Virus record (IMG/VR): IMGVR_UViG_3300043788_000114
Coordinates: 1 to 64,000 of that record
Origin: a virus
Strand: one strand, 5' to 3'
DNA length: 64,000 nt
This document shows positions 45,994 through 55,385 of this stretch, one piece after another. The first letter of the stretch is position 1. Every line of letters begins with the position of its first letter. The notes under the pieces are model-generated. The model did no database searches. It was not told the DNA's origin and worked only from the letters and a program-made list of their open reading frames with translations. The position numbers were made by a program, and so were the translations under genes.

Positions 45994-48777
45994 ATGCCCG
46001 ACCCTCAGCACAAACTCGTCAAGGTAGACGACTCGATCATCAAGTTTCCGGGTGACATGCCCGACGCTGATGTGGCTGCGGTCATCAAGAAATTTACTTC
46101 CTCTCCGGACTACAAAAAGCAGACACACACCAAAAACCAGATGCCATCGGGGATCGCGACGGAGGAGTCTGAGCACAAAAGACTCACCGGCAATGTTCCG
46201 ACCGTCACGCCGGACTGGAACACGGTGCGTCGGGCCGTCTACAAGGCCACAGAGCCCACTCTCCAGAACCCGAATACCAAGCCGGTCGACAACAGCGTAA
46301 AAGCGAACGTGGACGCCGCGTGGAACGCTGGAGCGAACGCAGCGAACGTGGGAGGAAACATCGCCAAGCGCGCGGGGCGCGTGATCTTTGGCGCGGTGGA
46401 CATGGCTCCGCAGATGTTCTCGATCCTGTCGAAGCTGGGATCGCCGGACGACAAGGTTTCACAGCAGGCCGAGACGGACTTGCTCAACTTCCATCCGGGC
46501 GCACAGATCGCGGACCGGCTGAAAGAGGCTGTCCACGACTGGCGGAAGTCGAAGAGCCTTGCGGCAGAGAACGCGTTGGGGGATGTGCTTGGATTCTTCC
46601 TGCTCGACAAAGCAGGAAAGGTTCTGCCGGAAGAGAGGATCAAACAACTCAACGCGGAAGGCGTGGTGCTTCCTCCGGAGGCAAAGCCAAAAGCTCCAGC
46701 ATCGATGCCGGGACAGCCACCGACGATTGAGGGAACATTTGAGCGCGCCACGCCGAAGCAGGTTGTGCCGGTCGAAGCGGCTGCGAAGCAGACCAGAAAC
46801 ACGCCGCCCAATCTGGAGGATGTGAAGGCGGCGGCGGAGAAACTCAAGCTGCCTGAGACGAATCCTCCAGCCGCGCCGCCGTCACTCGCCGACATCAAAG
46901 CCAAGGCAGAAGCGGTAAAGGCATCCAAGCCGGAGATCGCGCCGAAGCCTGCACCGCAGCCAGTAGCGACTCAACCTGTCGCAGCGCCGCCCAAAGTCGA
47001 AACTCCCGCACCGCAACCATCCACTGCTGTTCCTCCAGAACCGCCGAAAGCCGAAGCACCGCCAGCGCCAAAAGAGGAGCCTAAAACTACCAAGTACAAA
47101 TACGGCAACACACAAGCCGACATCCCGCAAGACTCCGACGCAGGTAAAGCTCTCGCGACCGCCCGCACCCAGATCGACAAGAACGACCTGATGCCGTCAA
47201 CTAACACGACAGATGGAAGCGGTCTCGAAGAGAACGCGCACATCACTGTGCGCTATGGAATCGACGGCGAGGACACGGCAGGGATCAAAGCGTATTTGGA
47301 AAAGCAGGCACCGTTTGAGGCCACATTGGGCAAGACGACTGCCTTCCCGCCAAGCGAGCACAGCGACGGTGGAGCGCCTATCGTTGTGAACATCGAATCA
47401 CCAGAACTGCACAGGATGGAGAAGGAGATCGATGAGCACGGCAACTTTGTTGACCGTTCGTTCCCGGAGTACAAGCCACACGTCACCTTGGGATATGTGA
47501 AGCCGGAGGCTGCGCAAAAGTATGTGGGCATGAACGGGATGGAAGGGAAAAAGTTCACCGTCAACTCCGTCTCGATCAGCAACAAAGATGGGTCTATCGA
47601 GGAAGTGCCGCTCAAGGGCACGCAAACACTGGAAAATGCGGACCTCAAGCAGGTGTACAAAGCACCCCCAGCGAGCGACATCCAACTTGCCGATGCGTGG
47701 AGGAGACTGGGAGATGTAAAGAACCAACTGGCTCAACTACCCCGCCCATACGATCCAAAACCGGACGCCACGCCGGAGCAGATCGAAAAGTGGAAAGCGG
47801 ATTACAAATCGTGGGCGGAGAAAGCGGAACCGTGGCTCCAGCAGTACACCCAAGCCACTCAGCAGATTGAGGACTTGAAGAACAGAGGTATCGGAGAAAT
47901 CCGGCTACTGCCGGACAAGTCCAGAATCCTTTACCTGAACCGCGCAGGATTGAACACGCTCTACACCGGCATGGCAGGAGAAGCGCGACCGGGCTACACG
48001 CTGAGCGGCGTGAGTCTTGACCCGCACACCGTGAAGTCGATCATCGGCAACCTGATGATCCTCAAACCACCACTGCACGAGGAATTGACGGACCTGATGC
48101 TTCGTGGGATGGACAAGAAAGGTGTAGTGATCGCCGCGATCCCGCGCAAGGGCGACTCGATCCGTGAAGCGGTCTCCACGTTGCGCGAAGAATTGAATCA
48201 TGGCTGGCAGAACACCGTCGCTGACCAGATGGGGAATCATCTTCCCAAGGAAAAGTTTGCGGAGTTGAACGAGGTGATTCCGGAGGGGATGAAGAGCCAT
48301 CTCAGGATCAACTACCCGGAGATTACCGACGACGGCAGCGAGTTGATGAATCGCAGGCGGGTGCGCGAGGCAAGTGCTAAGATGCTATCCGAGGCTCCGC
48401 AAAAGCTCGGGATCACAGAAGACGAAGCTGCCGCGTATCTGTTCCAGTATTTCACCGCGCTCGAAGAACAGCACGGGGAAAAAGCTCTGGACAAATTGCT
48501 CCACATCACCGTACTCGCAAAGGAGATCAAGGATGACTACTTCCGAGCAATCGACCGAGACACCGGAAAGCAAGCAGGTGGAAGAGGTGTGGGAAGCCTT
48601 CAAGACGAAGGGCCTCGCGGGGCTCCGGGAACTGATGCACAAGCGGGACGAGGAGTACCAGAAGGCGAAGGAGCAGCCGCAAAGCAAGTGAAAGTTAAGG
48701 ACCCGGAAGGTTACATCCACATCTTCCCGGATGAGAAGTCGGCATCGGCCTTTCGTGAGGCTGCGGGGATCAAATGA
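45994..48777 (+). CDS. Polyvalent virion protein with 2H phosphoesterase (Acb1/gp57B-like) domain
   Basis: AHITVRYG and YKPHVTLGYV HxT motifs; degenerate zincin-like REELNH. Confidence 0.75.
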   Translation: MPDPQHKLVKVDDSIIKFPGDMPDADVAAVIKKFTSSPDYKKQTHTKNQMPSGIATEESEHKRLTGNVPTVTPDWNTVRRAVYKATEPTLQNPNTKPVDNSVKANVDAAWNAGANAANVGGNIAKRAGRVIFGAVDMAPQMFSILSKLGSPDDKVSQQAETDLLNFHPGAQIADRLKEAVHDWRKSKSLAAENALGDVLGFFLLDKAGKVLPEERIKQLNAEGVVLPPEAKPKAPASMPGQPPTIEGTFERATPKQVVPVEAAAKQTRNTPPNLEDVKAAAEKLKLPETNPPAAPPSLADIKAKAEAVKASKPEIAPKPAPQPVATQPVAAPPKVETPAPQPSTAVPPEPPKAEAPPAPKEEPKTTKYKYGNTQADIPQDSDAGKALATARTQIDKNDLMPSTNTTDGSGLEENAHITVRYGIDGEDTAGIKAYLEKQAPFEATLGKTTAFPPSEHSDGGAPIVVNIESPELHRMEKEIDEHGNFVDRSFPEYKPHVTLGYVKPEAAQKYVGMNGMEGKKFTVNSVSISNKDGSIEEVPLKGTQTLENADLKQVYKAPPASDIQLADAWRRLGDVKNQLAQLPRPYDPKPDATPEQIEKWKADYKSWAEKAEPWLQQYTQATQQIEDLKNRGIGEIRLLPDKSRILYLNRAGLNTLYTGMAGEARPGYTLSGVSLDPHTVKSIIGNLMILKPPLHEELTDLMLRGMDKKGVVIAAIPRKGDSIREAVSTLREELNHGWQNTVADQMGNHLPKEKFAELNEVIPEGMKSHLRINYPEITDDGSELMNRRRVREASAKMLSEAPQKLGITEDEAAAYLFQYFTALEEQHGEKALDKLLHITVLAKEIKDDYFRAIDRDTGKQAGGRGVGSLQDEGPRGAPGTDAQAGRGVPEGEGAAAKQVKVKDPEGYIHIFPDEKSASAFREAAGIK
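48533..48691 (+). CDS. Possible nested out-of-frame 52-aa protein
   Basis: SD AAGGAG; MTTSEQSTETPESKQVEEVWEAFKTKGLAGLRELMHKRDEEY... Confidence 0.35.
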   Translation: MTTSEQSTETPESKQVEEVWEAFKTKGLAGLRELMHKRDEEYQKAKEQPQSK

Positions 48778-50153
48778 GCACTGCGCCAATCGATTACAAA
48801 GCACTCGCCAAAACTCACGGCGCTATATCCAGCGTTCATGAGAGTGACATGCCAGATTACTCGGAAGTTCCTGAGTTCCTCAAAGAAAACCTCGACATGA
48901 GCAGGGTTCAGCAAGTAGTTACTCCGCCCAAGACAGAAGAAGATAAAAAATGGACGGCACAAGTCAATAAGAGTGATCCTTACAAAATCGAAGTTTTGGC
49001 TGACGATCTTTACGGACCTCCAATCCTAAACCATGAATTGACTCACACATTCCAATTCACACGCAACAAAGATATTGGTAAGGTATCTTCTCCGATTCAA
49101 GGCAATGGATTGTCGATCTACAATTACGGCGGAGTCCAAGGACTTCAAGATGCAAGAACGCATGGAAAGACGATCTCAGATTTTAATTCTGAGCAGCAAG
49201 CGGAAATGGTTAAGGACTACAAGTTTTACCACGATCAATATCTGAAAAAGGCTGCCGAGGGAAAGATCACGGCGGAAGACGAAAAGAAGATGTATGAGCT
49301 TCAGCAGGCATACCATCCTTTCATTCAACAACTGGCGGCAATGCCGGGGGTGAACGAGAAGATCGACAGGAACGCACTGTTGGAACTCGTAGGGCTCCAG
49401 AAGCCAGTGGCGATCAATACCAAGCCTGAGCCGCCCGGACTACCGGCCTACAATACGCCGGGGCTGGGAATGCTGCCAGCCGATCCATTGATGGGAGGCA
49501 AATCACAGCCGACGCCGACTCCGAAAGTGCCAATGGACCCACGTCTAGCCGCTGTCCAGAAGCAGTTCCCGCGTCTTGCTCCGTATCTTTCGAAGGTGAT
49601 GATCCAGCAAGGGAAGAAGACGAATCCAAACGATGATCGCGGCCTAGAATTCTATCCTCCATGGGAGAGTGAGAATCCTAATCCGGGGAAGATTACGCTT
49701 GAGCTATTCGATAGGCTCCAAGGTCCGACGCTTACCACCGCGCTCGGAGGAGACCTGCTGCATTATCTTGGTGGAGTCGATCCTAAAAGCGGCAAGCCTG
49801 TAGACCCCGAGTATTATGCGATGAAGCAGGCAGTTCTCAAGGCGAGAACTCCTCAGCAGCAGGCGATGGACCAGAGGGAATACGCTAATGCAGTGAAGAA
49901 TGAAGGAGAGAAACGTCCTTTCGCGCAATGGCTTCAGCAATCCCGGATCGATGCTTACATTCGTGGATACGTGACTCCGGAATTAGGAGGAAAATATCCT
50001 GACGAGTGGAGAAAGCAGGGGCAGTACAAGTCCCCGGCGATGCTCAAAGCTGTGGAAGCAATCCGCCAATACGTGACGACAGCGCCGCAATATCCGACAC
50101 TTGAGCAAATAAAAGCAAAAGCTGCGCAACTGAGGCCTGTGGGAGTAAAGTAG
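48774..50153 (+). CDS. Zincin-like (HExxH) domain virion protein
   Basis: ILNHELTHTFQ...FNSEQQAEMV. Confidence 0.65.
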   Translation: MSTAPIDYKALAKTHGAISSVHESDMPDYSEVPEFLKENLDMSRVQQVVTPPKTEEDKKWTAQVNKSDPYKIEVLADDLYGPPILNHELTHTFQFTRNKDIGKVSSPIQGNGLSIYNYGGVQGLQDARTHGKTISDFNSEQQAEMVKDYKFYHDQYLKKAAEGKITAEDEKKMYELQQAYHPFIQQLAAMPGVNEKIDRNALLELVGLQKPVAINTKPEPPGLPAYNTPGLGMLPADPLMGGKSQPTPTPKVPMDPRLAAVQKQFPRLAPYLSKVMIQQGKKTNPNDDRGLEFYPPWESENPNPGKITLELFDRLQGPTLTTALGGDLLHYLGGVDPKSGKPVDPEYYAMKQAVLKARTPQQQAMDQREYANAVKNEGEKRPFAQWLQQSRIDAYIRGYVTPELGGKYPDEWRKQGQYKSPAMLKAVEAIRQYVTTAPQYPTLEQIKAKAAQLRPVGVK

Positions 50154-50157
50154 CGCC

Positions 50158-50379
50158 ATGCTGATTCAAATTCTGGACGAGCTTTGGTTGGACATCTGGA
50201 GCGTCACCGCGATCAAGAAGATCGACGAAAAATCCTGCACGCTCTGGGTAACCGGCCAAGGCGCGATGGATGGCCTCGTACTGGACTACCCGGCAGAAGA
50301 AGTCGCGCAGGCAATCAACGACGAGCGAGAAAAAGGCGACGAGGAGCCGGAGCCTGAGGACGAAGAGCCAGAAGAATGA
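50158..50379 (+). CDS. Hypothetical acidic protein
   Basis: 73-aa ORF. Confidence 0.6.
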   Translation: MLIQILDELWLDIWSVTAIKKIDEKSCTLWVTGQGAMDGLVLDYPAEEVAQAINDEREKGDEEPEPEDEEPEE

Positions 50380-51293
50380 CATCCCCTGAACTTTTGACAC
50401 ACTTTGAGCACTGCCGATTAGACGGCTGGTGGAGCAGGAATTGGGAACTTCGGAAACTTCAGCCTAATGAGATGTTGCAAGAAGGTCTGAAAGTTGGCCT
50501 CACCTCCAGCCGGTCCGATTTTGGCCAACATGCCGGTGAGCACTGCTATACCCTCGGTGCCGATCCCGGACTCGAATCCAAAGAATACGATTTACACGCT
50601 CAAACGGTCCACATCGCTGCTCTGGCGGACGTGATTTCTCATGCCGTGCGCCGCGCCACAGAGCCGCCATGGAGCGTAGCGGAGCCGGTTAGGCTAGGAG
50701 ATGGCCCATACTGGCATCCAGCGGCCTTCCTAAGCCCTACTGGCGATTTTCTGAGACGCGTGGTGCTAGTTACCGCATGGAACGACGACCGGCATTACCA
50801 CGAGGCGAGGAGCTTCTTTTCACTCGGCGAAGTGTGCGTCTACGGTCTCCCTCTACAAGAGGCCGTAATCGTTTTGGGGGCCAGCAGAGATGGCAAACGC
50901 CACGGCCCACTCTCAAAAGGAATCCTCCACCCCAGAAGCAAGCAACTGCGCTTCCGAAAAAAGAACGACGTGAAGGTGCCATTCAAGGACTCTTGGGTCC
51001 CGATCTGGAGAGAGGATCGCGACGAAATCAGCACGCATGATTGGCTTCAGGCGATGCACGATGACGGAATTTTGGCCGACCATTGTTTCAGTGTGACCGT
51101 TCCAGTTCCAGAGCGGCAGGCGAGGCAGAAGATCGTCGATCTTATCGGAAGGAAACTCGATACTTTGATGGAAATGAGGGAGCAACCGGAAGGTTGTCTT
51201 TCAGTCTGCGACTGGCCCCCCTGCGCACATCGAGGGCACTGTCATTCCGGGAACCAGCCGAGTGGAAAGTATGGGTTCGTGCAGATCGGTTAA
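50376..51293 (+). CDS. Cas4/AddB-like PD-(D/E)xK-fold protein, catalytic motif unclear
   Basis: N-terminal SP..L..F.HC and C-terminal C..VC...PC.....C pattern. Confidence 0.5.
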   Translation: MTSPELLTHFEHCRLDGWWSRNWELRKLQPNEMLQEGLKVGLTSSRSDFGQHAGEHCYTLGADPGLESKEYDLHAQTVHIAALADVISHAVRRATEPPWSVAEPVRLGDGPYWHPAAFLSPTGDFLRRVVLVTAWNDDRHYHEARSFFSLGEVCVYGLPLQEAVIVLGASRDGKRHGPLSKGILHPRSKQLRFRKKNDVKVPFKDSWVPIWREDRDEISTHDWLQAMHDDGILADHCFSVTVPVPERQARQKIVDLIGRKLDTLMEMREQPEGCLSVCDWPPCAHRGHCHSGNQPSGKYGFVQIG

Positions 51294-51508
51294 GCCAGCG
51301 GCTTGTCTCCCGGCCTGACCATCTTCGTCGCGTCAAGCACCGTTCTAGCGCCGCCATTGCGCCGCGACAGGACATCATCCAACGCGAGGTAAACAATCTT
51401 CCACATGCGCCGCACGGACTCGGATGCCTGCGTTTCCCTGCGTAACTCAAGTCGATACTGATCGCGCAGTTCCTCGACCTCTTTGTCGGTAGCGTCCGTC
51501 AGTTTCAT
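51290..51508 (-). CDS. Hypothetical protein
   Basis: 72 aa, converges on the late operon. Confidence 0.55.
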   Translation of the reverse strand: MKLTDATDKEVEELRDQYRLELRRETQASESVRRMWKIVYLALDDVLSRRNGGARTVLDATKMVRPGDKPLA

Positions 51509-51999
51509 GCTTCAACCTTCGCTGAGCGCTTTCTTATACCCTCAAGCGCTTTGTGGCAGTCCGTCTCATGGTCACAGTAGACGCAGCGACCGTTACCCCC
51601 AGCAACGAATTCCGCGCACGGCCCCAGATTTCCGGGATAAGTTGGACATTTGCACTCCGGATTATAAAATCGCTCCGTAGAGGTTGTTTGGCAAACACCC
51701 TGTGCTTCACCGGGATTTAGGGTGGTTGGATGCTTGGGAATGCACGGCATGTAGAAACTGATAGGATCGTCCATCCTCCCAGCAGCCGTTATAGCTATGG
51801 CGCATTTACATTCCTCGCAGGTCACCATCCAATAACCGCATTCTGGAGCCGGATAAGGAAGCTCCACATAGCATTGCCTCTGGCCAAACGGTAGCTTCGG
51901 CATCGCCTTTCCATGTGGATAATCTGGATCGGGAGCGCATTGCGCCTTTCCGCGTCCCGATGGCTGGAAAACGATCTTATGTTTACTCTCGTCGCTCAT
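51505..51999 (-). CDS. Cys-rich hypothetical protein
   Basis: Multiple CxxC motifs; C-terminal domain paralogous to 4652-4882. Confidence 0.65.
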   Translation of the reverse strand: MSDESKHKIVFQPSGRGKAQCAPDPDYPHGKAMPKLPFGQRQCYVELPYPAPECGYWMVTCEECKCAIAITAAGRMDDPISFYMPCIPKHPTTLNPGEAQGVCQTTSTERFYNPECKCPTYPGNLGPCAEFVAGGNGRCVYCDHETDCHKALEGIRKRSAKVEA

Positions 52000-52379
52000 T
52001 TTTCCTCTCCCGGTATTGGCGTGTTGGGGTAGCGCCGCTTGGCCTCTTCGACGCTCATTTCCTGTGTGAACTCGATTTCGCTCGGGACATCCTGCTGCGG
52101 CAATGGATCGTGAACCTGAAATTCGATCTTTGCCTTTTCTTGGGGCTCGAAGAAATACTTCCCTGCCACATCGGCACAGGATTCCATCGCCTTGTACGCC
52201 TGCTTTGCGTCTTTGGTGTTCATCATGTCGAGATGGATGTGGAGATCGCGAGCGAAGAGCGCGCGGTGCATCGTCAGTAGCGCAACTCTGGCGTAGTCCT
52301 CCGGTGTTGGCGGAGCGCCGCGATGCGCACCGGTCTCGTCCACGTAGCCTCCGGGCAGTAATCGGTAGCGGTAGGTCAT
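51996..52379 (-). CDS. Hypothetical protein
   Basis: ATGA-coupled; SD GGAGG. Confidence 0.6.
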   Translation of the reverse strand: MTYRYRLLPGGYVDETGAHRGAPPTPEDYARVALLTMHRALFARDLHIHLDMMNTKDAKQAYKAMESCADVAGKYFFEPQEKAKIEFQVHDPLPQQDVPSEIEFTQEMSVEEAKRRYPNTPIPGEEK

Positions 52380-52771
52380 AAAGCCTCCTCTCTCCTTCGC
52401 TTCAATTCTTCCCCATAAGGCCCATTCGTTTGAGCGCAGAACCAACGATTCCACAACTCAGCATCATTCTCTTGCTTCCCAATAGCCATTCTTACCGGAG
52501 CCAGCGGACCGCCAAAGTGGATGACTTCAAGGAATATATCCGCTCCGTCTGCGATCATTCGACGCTGCTCGGGAGAAAGTTCCCATCTTGTAATCGCGCT
52601 ATGGCTATTCTCAGCGGGAAGCGTCGTCAATCTGGTTGGTAGCGGAGCCTTCACATTCCCCGGCAGCGTGCGGAGTGGAACGTAGCAGCCCTGTTCCAAG
52701 GCGTAGATTTTCTCAAACTCTTCCAGCCCATCAACAACAGGACCGATGGATGCGCTCAAGTAATCGAACAT
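52376..52771 (-). CDS. Hypothetical protein
   Basis: 131 aa. Confidence 0.6.
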   Translation of the reverse strand: MFDYLSASIGPVVDGLEEFEKIYALEQGCYVPLRTLPGNVKAPLPTRLTTLPAENSHSAITRWELSPEQRRMIADGADIFLEVIHFGGPLAPVRMAIGKQENDAELWNRWFCAQTNGPYGEELKRRREEAL

Positions 52772-53215
52772 CTATCTCGCTCCGATCTGATTTGGTACAG
52801 GGAACGTCCTCATCGCCATCTGCATGTTGTGTTGGTAATAATGCTCCTCCGACGCGCACGTTTCGTTCATTTTGAAGTAGTCCCCATCCTTCGGCTTGAC
52901 GGCCCACGGCGAGAGGAGAAACGTGGTTTCCTTGCAGAGCGGACAGTAGAACGCCATCGGCCAACCCTGCTCCGGAGGAACGATCTTTGTCACGTGGATG
53001 CCACGGCGAAAGATGCGCTCCAGATCACCGAAAGGATCGTCATGGTCAAGCTCTATGAGCGGCCCATTCCATGCGCCCGTACTCCATTCGATAGGAGGCT
53101 GACTGGGAATTCCGTTGAGAATTCCCGTAATGGCATCCTGAGAGGCGAAGAACTCCTCGCGTTCGGCAATCGTCCACTCGCGCTCACTGGGCGGGTTCTG
53201 GTTTGGCTCCGTCAT
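52772..53215 (-). CDS. Hypothetical protein
   Basis: 147 aa, CPLC. Confidence 0.55.
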   Translation of the reverse strand: MTEPNQNPPSEREWTIAEREEFFASQDAITGILNGIPSQPPIEWSTGAWNGPLIELDHDDPFGDLERIFRRGIHVTKIVPPEQGWPMAFYCPLCKETTFLLSPWAVKPKDGDYFKMNETCASEEHYYQHNMQMAMRTFPVPNQIGAR

Positions 53216-53381
53216 CTTCCTCCACTGGTCTGTACTCGGTTACCCGCCTCGGGATGCGCGAATAGGAGTATTTGCCTAATCCCTTCTTTGCTGATTCCTC
53301 GCTTTTGTACAAGCGGTACGGCTGATTCACACGCCACGTGCCGTTACTGAAATCTTCGATGATCCAGATCGGTTGGTTCAT
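53184..53381 (-). CDS. Hypothetical protein
   Basis: 65 aa in tightly packed operon. Confidence 0.5.
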   Translation of the reverse strand: MNQPIWIIEDFSNGTWRVNQPYRLYKSEESAKKGLGKYSYSRIPRRVTEYRPVEEDDGAKPEPAQ

Positions 53382-53578
53382 GTCTTTAACTCACGTTCTT
53401 TGTCGCGCTCTTTTTCGAGTTGACGGTAGAGCTTGACGCACGACGTGCAGTTCCTCGTCACGCAACCGCCGAGATACACGTAGCGATGGCAGAGGCCGCA
53501 AACGATGCCATCTTTCATTCTGGCTCCCACGGCCAATCGGCCAAGGATATTTCGTACCACGGTTTCTGACCGTGCCAC
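53378..53578 (-). CDS. Small Zn-finger protein
   Basis: CGLC...CTSC. Confidence 0.45.
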   Translation of the reverse strand: MARSETVVRNILGRLAVGARMKDGIVCGLCHRYVYLGGCVTRNCTSCVKLYRQLEKERDKERELKT

Positions 53579-53700
53579 AAGAGGACTGGCTCATCGTAGA
53601 CAATCTTGCCTTCTACGCGGCGGCGCTCGCACACTCTTCCGTTTGCGTCACGGTAAAAGGAAATATCGACTTGAATTTTATCGCCGCTCATTGCCATCAT
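53515..53700 (-). CDS. Hypothetical protein
   Basis: 61 aa. Confidence 0.45.
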   Translation of the reverse strand: MMAMSGDKIQVDISFYRDANGRVCERRRVEGKIVYDEPVLLWHGQKPWYEISLADWPWEPE

Positions 53701-53703
53701 CTT

Positions 53704-54033
53704 TCACCGCCGATAGAGTTTCTCTAACTCTTCTGGCGATAGTGATTCGGTCTGTCGATTGCTATGGTCATCTCTTTTCTCGATGAATATCTGGCATATA
53801 CAATACAGCCAAGCATCTGTGGGGTTGTATTCGCTGTGTGGCGCTAATCCAGCATGACATTTACCTTTTCCATCGGTGTGCACGCACCTAAAATGGCCGC
53901 ATACGCATATCCCATGAGTAAGTGGCGGCGCAGGAGATTGAACGATTACCGGAGAAGGTAGGACCGGAGGTTTCGGCGTGAGCGAATATACAAGTCGCGC
54001 GATCAATGCTTTCCAGAGTTCTTTCATCGCCAC
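53704..54033 (-). CDS. Hypothetical Cys/His protein
   Basis: CVCGH...H...C...C.C motif. Confidence 0.55.
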   Translation of the reverse strand: MAMKELWKALIARLVYSLTPKPPVLPSPVIVQSPAPPLTHGICVCGHFRCVHTDGKGKCHAGLAPHSEYNPTDAWLYCICQIFIEKRDDHSNRQTESLSPEELEKLYRR

Positions 54034-54677
54034 TCTCCATCGCCACTAGGACGCCTCGGCTGATCGTCGGTAGGAGTGTAGTCAAGGTCCTGCGCGCCAC
54101 CCATGGCCGTGTTGGGGATGAGCGGTACGGGTGCGGTAACGGTTCCCGGAACCGGAGCCCCGTTGGTGCGAAACAGTGCCGGATCGATACTCGGCGGGAG
54201 CGCGGGATCGGCCCCCGGCTGCATAGGAACAGGAGCCATCACCGGGTAGGTAGACCCATCCGCCAACGGGTAGCTCTGCATGGATGCCGGTTCGATCATC
54301 GGATTTCCGCCAAGCGCCCGGATCACGCTGACCAGCGACGGAATCTCGGCATTCAACGCGGCCACGCGGCCCATGTACTCCGCCCGCTGCTTGATCGCCT
54401 CCGCGAGGCGTTTCTCCGCGTAGGAACTGGCTCCTTTGAAGGCCTTCGGCATCGGTACAGTGCTCTGGCGTCTCCGGGTGAGTGCTGGCCGGGGAGCGGG
54501 CTCAGGAGCAGGTGCGGGCGGATCGACGGGGGGAGCAGGAGCGACTGCGGCTTCCTTGGCTTGTCTGGCTTTGGCCCATCTAGCATCAGAGGCAGCTTTG
54601 GCAATGGCCTTGCGCTGCTCAGGGGAAAGTTTCTCTTTCCGGGCCTTGCCACCCTCCGAACCGTGATTCTCATCCAT
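54024..54677 (-). CDS. Pro-rich protein with GGKAR..LS.EQR..IA..A...RW basic motif
   Basis: N-terminal motif common in phage DNA-binding proteins; central coiled coil. Confidence 0.65.
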   Translation of the reverse strand: MDENHGSEGGKARKEKLSPEQRKAIAKAASDARWAKARQAKEAAVAPAPPVDPPAPAPEPAPRPALTRRRQSTVPMPKAFKGASSYAEKRLAEAIKQRAEYMGRVAALNAEIPSLVSVIRALGGNPMIEPASMQSYPLADGSTYPVMAPVPMQPGADPALPPSIDPALFRTNGAPVPGTVTAPVPLIPNTAMGGAQDLDYTPTDDQPRRPSGDGEWR

Positions 54678-54740
54678 GGGGATTCCTCAAGTGCAAGCAT
54701 CGAATCTAGCACTGCAAGCATGAAAGTGCAAGGATTGATT

Positions 54741-55385
54741 TTAGCGGTTGAAAGGAGTGAGGAACTTTTCGCGCCCAACGTCGCCGCCCCATTTTTGGGA
54801 ATAGTAGTAAAGATATAGCGGGAATGTCACTGAATTCACAAACTTTCGCATTGGATCGCTGTTGATCGTCGCGCTGCCTTCGTGCTTCACGTCTGTCAGG
54901 TTCGTGTCGATACATTCCCATCCTGCCAACCTGACGCGACGATAGTAGTCGTTATCCGTTGCGTACTGCGGCAAATTCACATCCCACTCTCCCACCACAT
55001 CGATCAGATCGGTGTTGAGCGCGCACATGGTGTCGTAGTGTGTGAACAAGACTCCCCATTTGCGGCCATCTGCTGCGGACTTTCGCGCGAAGTCGAGTAG
55101 CCCTTGAGCCACACCGGGTCCAGCTTCGGCATCATTGTGCATCCAAATGCAGATTTTCTGGCCGCATTCTCTGGTGAGCCGCATGATCCAGTTGAAGGTT
55201 TGCGAACAGGACAGCGGAACAGGAGGACGTAAGACATCACCCCACCAATGAGAACCTTTTGGAAGTCCGTTTGGAGAGTTGTCGATGATCGTCAGATTCT
55301 CGTGATATTCGGGAATCGAATCGACGGCTTTAGCTAACAGGTCTTCGCGTACCACGTGCGGAACGAATGCGCTGAAATCGCTCAT
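54741..55385 (-). CDS. GT-A (family 2-like) glycosyltransferase
   Basis: IIDNS, WMHNDA, VGEWD, TDNDYYRR, HEGSAT. Confidence 0.8.
   Translation of the reverse strand: MSDFSAFVPHVVREDLLAKAVDSIPEYHENLTIIDNSPNGLPKGSHWWGDVLRPPVPLSCSQTFNWIMRLTRECGQKICIWMHNDAEAGPGVAQGLLDFARKSAADGRKWGVLFTHYDTMCALNTDLIDVVGEWDVNLPQYATDNDYYRRVRLAGWECIDTNLTDVKHEGSATINSDPMRKFVNSVTFPLYLYYYSQKWGGDVGREKFLTPFNR

Noticed and set aside
54692-54732. TGCAAG(CAT) direct repeats upstream of 54677
   Set aside because: Possibly an operator, but too short to support a call
54006-54818. 270-aa plus-strand ORF
   Set aside because: Antisense to the better-supported 54024-54677 gene
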